Source: a virus (Duplodnaviria; Caudoviricetes). From it: a stretch of DNA of 34,148 nt. This document shows positions 15,865-23,311 of the stretch, piece after piece. Position 1 is the first letter of the stretch; every line of letters begins with the position of its first letter. The notes beneath the pieces are model-generated. The model searched no databases. It was given only the letters and a program-made list of their open reading frames with translations, and had not been told where the DNA came from. Both the position numbers and the translations under genes were made by a program. The stretch spans positions 1-34,148 of the IMG/VR virus record IMGVR_UViG_3300037467_001799; one strand, given 5' to 3'.

Positions 15865-17628
15865 ATGCAGACGATGAACCTGATCCCCGGGACTGCCGAC
15901 TGGCACGCACACCGTGCCCACCACCGCAACGCCAGCGACGCGCCGGCAGCCCTTGGCTGCTCCCCGTACACGACCCGGGCAGAGCTCCTGCGCCGCATGC
16001 ACACCGGCGTGTCCGCCGAAGTCGACGCCGGCACGCAGCGCCGCTTCGATGACGGGCACCGCTTCGAGGCGCTGGCCCGCCCGCTGGCCGAGCAGATCAT
16101 CGGCGACGACTTGGCGCCGGTGGTGGGCGTGCTGGAAGGCACGAAGCTTTCCGCCTCGTTCGACGGCCTGACCCTCATGGGCGACACGGCATGGGAGCAC
16201 AAGACCCTGAACGACGACCTGCGCGCCTGCATGCGGGACCAGGGCAACGGCTACGACCTGCCGAAGCACTATCGCATTCAGATGGAGCAGCAACTGCTCG
16301 TCTCCGGCGCCGAGCGCGTGCTTTTCATGGCGACGAAGTGGACGCCATCCGGCGAACTGGTCGAGGAGCGGCACTGCTGGTACGCCAGCGACCCGGCCCT
16401 GCGCGCCGAGATCGTCGCCGGCTGGGAGCAGTTCGAGGCGGACCTAGCCGCCTACCAGCCCGCGCCGGCGCAGGCCGCTGTAGTTGCCGCCCCGGTGCAG
16501 GCCCTGCCGGCTGTGGCCGTCCAGGTCGCCGGTGAGATCGCCATCCGCCACAACTTCGACGCCTTCGAGGTCGCGCTGCGCGACTTCCTGGAGCACCGGC
16601 TGATCCGCCAGCCCAAGACGGACCAGGACTTTGCCGACCTGGACGTGCAGATCAAGGCCATGAAGGGCGCCGAGGCTGCACTGGAGTCGGCCGAGCAGAA
16701 CTGGATCGCCCAGATCGAAGCGGTGGGCAACGCCAAGCGCACGAAGGACATGCTGCACAAGCTGGTGCGCGACAACCGGCTGATGGCCGAGAAGCTGCTG
16801 TCCAGCGAGAAGGAGCGCCGCCGCGGCGAGATCGTGGCCGGCGGCATCTCCGCATTGCGCGAGCACGTCGACGGCTGGAACACCCGCCTGGGCAAAGCCT
16901 ACATGCCCCCCATCACGGCCGACTTCGCCGGCGCCATCCGCGGCAAGAAGTCTCTCGCCAACATGGAAGACGCGGTGGCGGTGGAACTGGCGCGCGCTCG
17001 GGCGCAGGCCGACCAGGTGGGCGCGGCGGTGCTGGTGAACCTCTCGGCGCTGCGCGAACTGGCGAAGGATCACGCCTTCCTGTTCGCCGATGCTGCGCAG
17101 CTGGTGCTCAAGGCTCCGGACGACTGCCGGGCCGTCATCACCTCGCGGATCGCGGAACACAAGGCCGAGCAGGAGCGCCGCCTCGAGGCCGACCGCGCAC
17201 GCATCCGGGCCGAGGAAGAAGCCAAGGCGCGGGCAGCGGCGGCACGCGAGCAGCAGGAGCGGGAAGCCGAGGAGCGGCGCCAGCAGGAAGCCGCTGCCCG
17301 CGCTGCCACCCCGGCCCCTACCCCTGCACCGGCCCCGATCGCGCCGCCTGCGGTTTCCTCGCAAGCTCCAGCAGCATCCGCGCCAGCCGACAACGTGGTG
17401 CCGATTCAGCGCCAGGCCGCCGCCTCCACGGCCACGATCCGCCTCGGCCAGATCAGTGAGCGCCTCGGCTTCGCCCTCACGGCCGAGTTCGTCGGCCAGC
17501 TTGGCTACCACCCGGTGGCGATGGAGAAGGCGGCAAAGCTGTACCGGCTGTCGGACTTCGACCTGATCTGCGAGGCGCTGATCGCACACGTGCGGACGGT
17601 GCAGGCCAAGCAGTTGCAAGCCGCCTAA
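15865..17628 (+). CDS. YqaJ-like exonuclease with long coiled-coil extension
   Basis: W...R...ASDA, GHRFEALAR, ASFDG, WEHK, YRIQMEQQL. Confidence 0.9.
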   Translation: MQTMNLIPGTADWHAHRAHHRNASDAPAALGCSPYTTRAELLRRMHTGVSAEVDAGTQRRFDDGHRFEALARPLAEQIIGDDLAPVVGVLEGTKLSASFDGLTLMGDTAWEHKTLNDDLRACMRDQGNGYDLPKHYRIQMEQQLLVSGAERVLFMATKWTPSGELVEERHCWYASDPALRAEIVAGWEQFEADLAAYQPAPAQAAVVAAPVQALPAVAVQVAGEIAIRHNFDAFEVALRDFLEHRLIRQPKTDQDFADLDVQIKAMKGAEAALESAEQNWIAQIEAVGNAKRTKDMLHKLVRDNRLMAEKLLSSEKERRRGEIVAGGISALREHVDGWNTRLGKAYMPPITADFAGAIRGKKSLANMEDAVAVELARARAQADQVGAAVLVNLSALRELAKDHAFLFADAAQLVLKAPDDCRAVITSRIAEHKAEQERRLEADRARIRAEEEAKARAAAAREQQEREAEERRQQEAAARAATPAPTPAPAPIAPPAVSSQAPAASAPADNVVPIQRQAAASTATIRLGQISERLGFALTAEFVGQLGYHPVAMEKAAKLYRLSDFDLICEALIAHVRTVQAKQLQAA

Positions 17629-17696
17629 CTCTGCTCTCCCCACCTATAGACGGAGCACAGATGCAAACAGAACCAGAACTGCAGATGAGCGGAACT

Positions 17697-17979
17697 GATG
17701 AGCGATCCATTCAGCAAGGGAAGGAGGACTGACACCGTGTGGGCGCAACAGTACCGTGATTGCTTTCCGCGAGGGGAGCCCGAGCCAGACCCCAATGAGC
17801 ACCTGAGGGACGAGCGTGTTCAGGTGGGGCACTACTACGTGTCACGTAGATCGCTGGAAAGCCGAGAGTGGACCCTGCCCGAGGGCTGCGCTTGCGCTCT
17901 GTGCGCCGCCGAATACAGGAAAGCCGCCCACGGCATCCATCTGTCTGGCGACGAGGAGAGGGGATGAGCGACCCATTCA
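17697..17979. repeat. 17-bp direct repeat GATGAGCGAYCCATTCA at 17697-17713 and 17963-17979
   Basis: 16/17 identical; both adjacent genes start MSDPF. Confidence 0.8.
17698..17967 (+). CDS. hypothetical protein
   Basis: 89 aa with CACALC; ATGA overlap downstream. Confidence 0.6.
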   Translation: MSDPFSKGRRTDTVWAQQYRDCFPRGEPEPDPNEHLRDERVQVGHYYVSRRSLESREWTLPEGCACALCAAEYRKAAHGIHLSGDEERG

Positions 17980-18800
17980 AGATCGACGGACCGACTTGCA
18001 TCTCGTTCAGCGGCGGCAGGACTAGCGCCTACATGCTGTGGCGCGTGCTCCAAGCGAACGGCGGCCATTGGCCCATCGCCGGAGAGGTGTGCGTGGTCTT
18101 TGCGAACACCGGGCGAGAGGTTCCCGCAACTCTGAACTTCGTGCGCCGTGTCTCGGAGCGATGGCATGTGCCGATTCACTGGGTTGAGTTCACGCCGGAC
18201 GGCGCGGGCTTCCGGGAGGTGACGCCAGAGACTGCATCGCGCCGTGGCGAGCCGTTTGAGCAGTTGATCCTGCAGAAGAAGTTCCTGCCGAACCCGGTGG
18301 CACGCTTCTGCACAACCGACCTCAAGATCAAGCCGACCGAGAAGTTCCTCAAGGCGCGGGGTTGGTCCGAGTGGGACAACATGCTCGGCCTGCGTGCAGA
18401 CGAACCGGCGCGTGTAGCGAAGATTCGCGCCCAGCCCATCGTGCCCGAAAGTCCGAACGTGGAGCGCGTGCTCCCGCTCGCCCAGGCGGGCATCACGAAG
18501 GCCCATGTCCGCGACTTCTGGCGCGAGCATGAGTTCGACCTTGAGCTGCCGTATGCGTTCGACGGATCAACGCTCGGCGGGAACTGCGATGGCTGCTTCC
18601 TGATCCCGCCGTACCAGCGGCTGTCCCGCATGCGCGCGACGCCCAGCATGCCCGTATGGTGGATCGCGCAGGAAGACCTAACCGGCGCGCGTTTCACCAA
18701 GGACGGCTACAGCTACCGCGAAATGGCCCGCTTCGCGCGCGAGCAGCGCGACATGTTCGACCCCAACGAGGAAGCCATCGCGTGCTTCTGCGGCGACTGA
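17964..18800 (+). CDS. PAPS reductase / PP-loop family protein
   Basis: SFSGGRTS, FANTGRE, RFCTTDLKIKP, GLRADE, GNCDGCFL, terminal CFCGD. Confidence 0.88.
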   Translation: MSDPFKIDGPTCISFSGGRTSAYMLWRVLQANGGHWPIAGEVCVVFANTGREVPATLNFVRRVSERWHVPIHWVEFTPDGAGFREVTPETASRRGEPFEQLILQKKFLPNPVARFCTTDLKIKPTEKFLKARGWSEWDNMLGLRADEPARVAKIRAQPIVPESPNVERVLPLAQAGITKAHVRDFWREHEFDLELPYAFDGSTLGGNCDGCFLIPPYQRLSRMRATPSMPVWWIAQEDLTGARFTKDGYSYREMARFAREQRDMFDPNEEAIACFCGD

Positions 18801-18818
18801 CCCCATCGGAGAACAGCA

Positions 18819-19037
18819 ATGACCCCTGATCGCAAAGACGCACTTCCCGCGAAGCACTCGCCTTGCTCGCACCGCTACCTGACGGCATACCCCGGCTCTG
18901 GCGGCTGGGTGTGCGCAGCCTGCCGGGTGCCGATCCTGTCGCTGGCTTTGCCCATCCCCGTCCCGCTCGTGGCGCAGGCCCTCATGGCCGTTGCTGGCCG
19001 CGCCGCCATCACCAACGCCACTCAGGGGGAAGCATGA
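18819..19037 (+). CDS. small Zn-ribbon-like protein
   Basis: CSH...WVCAAC; GGAG RBS. Confidence 0.6.
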   Translation: MTPDRKDALPAKHSPCSHRYLTAYPGSGGWVCAACRVPILSLALPIPVPLVAQALMAVAGRAAITNATQGEA

Positions 19038-19384
19038 GCGCGCAGCACACGCCGGGGCCGATCCAGCCCCTCTACTATGTCCGGCACCCGGATGGCAGCT
19101 ACAGCGTGGCGCAGCCGCATCCCACGCCTGAGCAGGTGGCTCGCCAAGACGGCACCTACGCCCTATGCGACGGCGAGCATGGAGGCAGCGTCTGCGCGGA
19201 TCCGTACTGCCATCGTGGCGTCCAGTGCGTCAACGCGCACGACGAGCTGGTGGCGCTGATGAGCGACCTTCGCCAGCTCGCCAGCGAGGCGGGCGACCAC
19301 ACGCCCCAGTCCTTCCAGCGAGGCGTCATCCGGCTGGCGAACCGGGCCGCCGCCATCGCCAAGGCCCTCGGAGAACAAGCATGA
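19034..19384 (+). CDS. hypothetical phage protein (HTPGP...AAIAKA family)
   Basis: MSAQHTPGP, NAHDELV, AAIAKALG. Confidence 0.75.
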   Translation: MSAQHTPGPIQPLYYVRHPDGSYSVAQPHPTPEQVARQDGTYALCDGEHGGSVCADPYCHRGVQCVNAHDELVALMSDLRQLASEAGDHTPQSFQRGVIRLANRAAAIAKALGEQA

Positions 19385-20029
19385 CCACCCCCGAACATCC
19401 CGCGCCCGACCCGCGACAGGCAGCGGTACACAGGCAGGCAGCGCCCCCGTCTGACCCGTGCGCGCCGCGATGCGAGCCCGGCGGCGTGTGCAGGACGCCA
19501 GAGTGCGGGCGCTTGCGGTCCAGCGAATTGATGCGCCTCTATGGCAGCAGCGAGGCAGCGCCCGCACCCGTGGTGCCGGCCGAGCGCGCGCGCCTGCTGC
19601 AATGGTTCGGGGCTGTGCAAGACCTGAATCCGGCGTACCTAGAGCCGGAGGACCACCAGCTTGCAGAACGACTGCGCGGCACTGTCTCGGAGGGGCCGCC
19701 CGCACAAGACCCGGAGTTCGTCGCGCTGATGGCGATGAGCGAGGCGGAAATTGACGCTGAACTGCGTGCTCTCGGCATTGACCCCGAGACGGCTGCACGC
19801 AAGGCCGCAGGGGCCATAGCTGAGGGCGTCGCACGGGCGAGGTGCCGGGGCTACATCTGTCGCCTGTGCGGCAAGGACACGCCCCACCACCACACGGCAG
19901 AGGAAGTCGTCATCTTCCGCAATGGCGTCAAGTTCGCGCGCCATGACCGAAGACGACGCGGCCGAGATGTTCTCGCGCGACAACATCAGCCAGGGCTACG
20001 CGATCCTCAGCAAGCGGGAGGGAAAATGA
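19381..20029 (+). pseudogene. hypothetical gene with probable 2-bp frameshift near 19940, now reading into the next gene
   Basis: Alternate frame ATG 19943 MTEDDAAEMFSRDNISQGYAILSKREGK ends in ATGA overlap at 20026-20029. Confidence 0.55.
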
Positions 20030-20250
20030 GCGCAGACACCCGCAAAGCGTTCGAGGCGTGGTGGGCCGATGCAGGCCGCGTTCTCGTCGTCAAGCCGGAG
20101 GTCGCAGAGCTGATCTGGCTCGCATCCCGCTCTCAGGCACTGGAGGAAGCAGCGCTGATCGCGGAGAAGACCTACGCGAAGGATGCGTTCAGGTTCGTCC
20201 TCGGAACCGAGGCTGCCGCTGCTATTCGCAAGCTGGGAGCACAGGAATGA
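20026..20250 (+). CDS. hypothetical protein (RKAFEAWW...ALEEAA family)
   Basis: GGGAGGG RBS directly before ATG. Confidence 0.75.
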   Translation: MSADTRKAFEAWWADAGRVLVVKPEVAELIWLASRSQALEEAALIAEKTYAKDAFRFVLGTEAAAAIRKLGAQE

Positions 20251-20468
20251 GCGACATCCGAACCGAGAACGTGCCAACCTGCCCCGCCTGCGGCCACGGC
20301 ATGACCGATGACGAGATGCACGCGCACCTCGGAGAGGAAGACCTGTGGGCACTCGCGCCCGACGAAGGCCGCGCTGAGATCAACTGCCCGGCATGCGGCG
20401 TCACCTACCACTGCCAAGGCGGCTACAGGCCCGAGTACACGACCGCGCTGGATGAGGACGATCTCTGA
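20247..20468 (+). CDS. Zn-ribbon protein
   Basis: Two CPACG motifs. Confidence 0.8.
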   Translation: MSDIRTENVPTCPACGHGMTDDEMHAHLGEEDLWALAPDEGRAEINCPACGVTYHCQGGYRPEYTTALDEDDL

Positions 20469-20536
20469 TGCCCTCCCCCAATCGAATCAAGGCCGCAGAC
20501 GTCTGCACGTTTGCGCTATCCATCTAGAGGAAGAAC

Positions 20537-20875
20537 ATGAGCGCAGTTCTGCAGTTCCCTGGGGTTCCAGCGCGGCAGGAAGCAGCGAGCCTGAACCTCA
20601 CTGCAGGCGAGGTGATCGCCGCGACCGGAGGCTATGTGCGCGCGGCCGACCAGCTGCGCGAGCTGCACGCCCGCGGCTTCACGCGCGCATTCCGCCGCAA
20701 CGGCGGCGGCCCGGTGATCCTGGAGCGCGCCCACTACGAGGCCGTGACGCGCGGCCAGTTCGGCGCGCCGCCGCCGGCGAACGCGCGCGACGCAGCACCT
20801 GCAGAACAACAAGAGCCCGCCAAGCCCAACCGTGCCGGGTTCCTGGCGAAGTACGGGAAACGAGGGAAGTCGTAA
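20537..20875 (+). CDS. DUF4224 excisionase-like protein
   Basis: LTAGEVIAATGGYVRAADQLRELHARG; directly upstream of integrase. Confidence 0.75.
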   Translation: MSAVLQFPGVPARQEAASLNLTAGEVIAATGGYVRAADQLRELHARGFTRAFRRNGGGPVILERAHYEAVTRGQFGAPPPANARDAAPAEQQEPAKPNRAGFLAKYGKRGKS

Positions 20876-20876
20876 C

Positions 20877-22004
20877 ATGCCGCTCATGGGCCGCCGGCGC
20901 AAGAACGATCTCGGGCTGGAGCCCCGGGTATACCTGAACCACGGGGCGTTCTTCTACGTCCACCCGGGCGGCCGGTGGGAGCGTCTAGGCACGGACAAGG
21001 ACCAGGCCAACGCGCAGGCCCGCGTCTACAACGACCCGAACGGCCATCACGGCACCCTCGTCTACTGGCTCGAGCAGTTCCTGATCGACTGCAAGCGGCG
21101 CGTCGAGCTGAAGTCTCAGGTCAAGGGCATCAAGCTCTCGCAGCGCACGCTGGAGGACTACCGCGACGCCGTGGGCACCGAGGACAAGCCGGGCCCGCTG
21201 CGCGAGTATTTCCCGCCACCGTTCAAGCCGCGCGACCTGACGCCCGACATCGTGCAGCAGTATTTGCGCGACGGCGCCGAGGTCCGTCGCGCCACTCGCG
21301 CGAACCGCGAGCGCGCGTGCCTGTCGGCCTGCATCAGCTGGCTGCTCACCCACCCAGAGCACCGCGCCGAGGTCGGCCTGATGGTCAACCCCTGCATGCG
21401 CGCCAGCGGCGTCCAGCGTAACCCGGAGTCGAAGCGCAAGCGCTACGTCACGCACGATGAGTACCGCGAGGTCTACGACTGTGCTGGCCGCTCCGTGCGG
21501 CTGCTGATGGAGCTGACCTATCGCACGCTGCAGCGACCGGAGAGCGACATCATCCTGTGGGACGCGCGCGTGGTGCACAACGAGCCGGCCGGCCGCTTCC
21601 TCAAGTTCCGCCAGAACAAGACCGGCCAGGACATGGTGATCGCGTTCTCGCCCGAGATGGACGACCTGGTGCCGCACCAGCTCACGGGCAAGGTGCGCAA
21701 GATCCACGAGCCGCTCGTCCGGCGTCTGGACGGCGAGGCCTACACCTACGACGGCCTGAGCTCCATGCTGCGCGAGGCGATCACGGTGGCGAACGTGAGG
21801 CGCAAGGCGCGCGGCCTGTCGCCGATCGCGCCGTTCGGCTTCCGCGACCTGAAGGGCAAGGGCGCCACCGACATGTGGCTGGCCAAGGTGCCCATCGAGC
21901 AGATCCAGGCGCTGCTCGGGCATGCGAGCAAGACCACCACCGAGATCTATATCAAGCAGCGATGGACCGAAGCGGTGCAGCCGAACATGGTGCAGGTCAG
22001 CTGA
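20877..22004 (+). CDS. int: tyrosine integrase
   Basis: TLQRPESDII, QNKTG, FRDLKGKGAT, LLGH, TTEIY. Confidence 0.93.
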   Translation: MPLMGRRRKNDLGLEPRVYLNHGAFFYVHPGGRWERLGTDKDQANAQARVYNDPNGHHGTLVYWLEQFLIDCKRRVELKSQVKGIKLSQRTLEDYRDAVGTEDKPGPLREYFPPPFKPRDLTPDIVQQYLRDGAEVRRATRANRERACLSACISWLLTHPEHRAEVGLMVNPCMRASGVQRNPESKRKRYVTHDEYREVYDCAGRSVRLLMELTYRTLQRPESDIILWDARVVHNEPAGRFLKFRQNKTGQDMVIAFSPEMDDLVPHQLTGKVRKIHEPLVRRLDGEAYTYDGLSSMLREAITVANVRRKARGLSPIAPFGFRDLKGKGATDMWLAKVPIEQIQALLGHASKTTTEIYIKQRWTEAVQPNMVQVS

Positions 22005-22025
22005 CCTCGCACTTTGGCACTCTCG

Positions 22026-22049
22026 AAGCCCGCCACGCGCGGGCTTTTT
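22026..22049 (+). terminator. intrinsic terminator after int
   Basis: AAGCCCGC-cacgc-GCGGGCTTTTT. Confidence 0.85.
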
Positions 22050-22132
22050 CAATTGCGGCCGACTACTGGATATTAGGCGCTGCCAAATAAACTGCCCAAC
22101 AAGGCAAGAAAAAAGCCACTGGGCCTTTCGAC

Positions 22133-22145
22133 CAAGTGGCTGATT
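22133..22145 (-). promoter_or_regulatory. IHF-binding site
   Basis: AATCAGCCACTTG fits WATCARNNNNTTR, next to the att core. Confidence 0.6.
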
Positions 22146-22159
22146 TCATTCGAGTTTTT

Positions 22160-22204
22160 TGGCTCCCCGACCTGGGCTCGAACCAGGGACCTACGGATTA
22201 ACAG
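22160..22204 (-). mobile_element. attP core = 3' half of tRNA-Asn(GTT)
   Basis: CTGTTAATCCGTAGGTCCCTGGTTCGAGCCCAGGTCGGGGAGCCA: anticodon loop, T arm and CCA present; 5' half absent. Confidence 0.92.
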
Positions 22205-22360
22205 ACGGGCGATGGAATCCGGCGCCGGGCCGCGCCAGAGCTAAAGTTAAGCCCCTGAGCTGCCAAATATTTTTGACATATTGGCCCGTCAATTCATGCG
22301 GCCTGCCGCCCAGCTAGCACTGGATATTTGGCAATTGCCGGGACGCGGTATTCTGACGCC

Positions 22361-22570
22361 ATGGACGAGGAATTCCTGACGGGCCGCCAGATGCTCGAGC
22401 GGCTGGAGGAGGCGCTGGCGAAGGCGCGGGGCGGCGAGGTGACGGCGTTCGCGGCGCGCGTGCAGCGCCGGGACGGCACCTGGGAGGACATCGCCATCGG
22501 ATTCAAGAGCCAGGAGGATTTGGACGCCGCACTGGCGGCTCTGCGCCGGCGGCTGGGCCAGCTGCACTGA
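22361..22570 (+). CDS. hypothetical protein
   Basis: MDEEFLTG; TATTCT 6 nt upstream; TGATG overlap downstream. Confidence 0.75.
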   Translation: MDEEFLTGRQMLERLEEALAKARGGEVTAFAARVQRRDGTWEDIAIGFKSQEDLDAALAALRRRLGQLH

Positions 22571-22992
22571 TGCAGGAGGTGCGCTTCTACGTCCCCGGCC
22601 GCTGGGCAGCCAAGACGCCCGAGGACGACGCGGAGATGGCCGCCGCGGCGATCGAATGCTGGGTGTTCCGGATGCGCCGCGCGGGCCAGCGTCTCGTGCC
22701 GGGGCGCGTCGGCGAGCCTTCCCAAGGCCGTCTGCTGGTGATCGACCGTTACGGTGAGCCGGACCGGTTCTACGTGCGCCTGTACCCGCCTGACTCCTGG
22801 CGGGACTGGGTCGACGAGCTCCACGGGGCGAGCCTGGTGCGCAGCGGCGGCGGGGTCTGGCTGTTCCGCGGCGACGAGTGGATCGCCGCGGAGAAGCGCC
22901 ACTACCTGCAGACCTGGCTGTGCACGGCGCGGCCGGAGCGCGGCTGGGAGATCCTGCAGCAGATGGGCGGCGGCGCCGGCGAGGTATCCTGA
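22570..22992 (+). CDS. hypothetical beta-rich protein
   Basis: RMRRAGQRL...G.E...YLQTWLC. Confidence 0.75.
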   Translation: MQEVRFYVPGRWAAKTPEDDAEMAAAAIECWVFRMRRAGQRLVPGRVGEPSQGRLLVIDRYGEPDRFYVRLYPPDSWRDWVDELHGASLVRSGGGVWLFRGDEWIAAEKRHYLQTWLCTARPERGWEILQQMGGGAGEVS

Positions 22993-22997
22993 TGGCC

Positions 22998-23183
22998 ATG
23001 GCGGACATGACCACCCCCACCCAGCCCGGGCCCTACCTCTACTTCGACGCGATCGGCGGCGAGCCGGTTCCAGTGCAGCTGCGCGAGACGGAGAGCGGCC
23101 TGGGTGTGTTCTTCGAGGGCCGCGAGGACTACGACCTGGTGGCCGACGTCTCCGGTCGCTTCGAGCCGCTGCAGCCAGCGTGA
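22998..23183 (+). CDS. hypothetical protein (PTQPGPY motif; start may be 22992)
   Basis: TATCCT 7 nt upstream; GTGA overlap downstream. Confidence 0.7.
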   Translation: MADMTTPTQPGPYLYFDAIGGEPVPVQLRETESGLGVFFEGREDYDLVADVSGRFEPLQPA

Positions 23184-23263
23184 TCACCATCCCGGCGCCG
23201 ATGCAGGCGCCGCAGGCCCTGCGCAAGCCATTCACCGATCCGGAGTGGCGTTACTTTCAGTGA
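23180..23263 (+). pseudogene. N-terminal remnant of an ATP-dependent DNA ligase
   Basis: PMQAPQALRKPFTDPEWRY resembles the segment before ligase motif I (E.K.DG), then stops. Confidence 0.6.
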
Positions 23264-23309
23264 TGCAATAAGTCTTGCCTTCCCGGCACTTTCGGTGATG
23301 CAATATGTC
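23253..23309. repeat. 22-bp direct repeat ACTTTCRGTGATGCAATAWGTC (23253-23274, 23288-23309), likely operators
   Basis: 20/22 identical, upstream of RHH gene. Confidence 0.8.
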
Positions 23310-23311
23310 CC

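Larger units (their letters stand above)
22065..22332. repeat. putative integrase arm-type sites (consensus about ATATTTGGC)
   Basis: ACTGGATATTAGGC 22065, GCTGCCAAATA 22079 and 22259, GACATATTGGC 22275, ACTGGATATTTGGC 22319. Confidence 0.7.

Noticed and set aside
17661-17732. 23-aa ORF MQTEPELQ... with GGAG RBS
   Set aside because: Overlaps the 17698 gene out of frame; may be an insertion scar but cannot be supported as a gene.
20468-20527. 19-aa ORF and GCAGACGT/ACGTTTGC hairpin upstream of the Xis-like gene
   Set aside because: Too short to support; the hairpin has no U-tract.
22160-22204. Functional tRNA-Asn gene
   Set aside because: The D arm and the 5' strands of the acceptor and anticodon stems are missing; it is an att core.
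22319-22336. LexA box starting CTGGATAT
   Set aside because: No CAG right half; better explained as an integrase arm site.
23253-23309. DGR template/variable repeat or mini-CRISPR
   Set aside because: Both mismatches are at adenines, but the unit is only 22 bp with a 13-bp gap and two copies, and no reverse transcriptase or cas gene is in the window.
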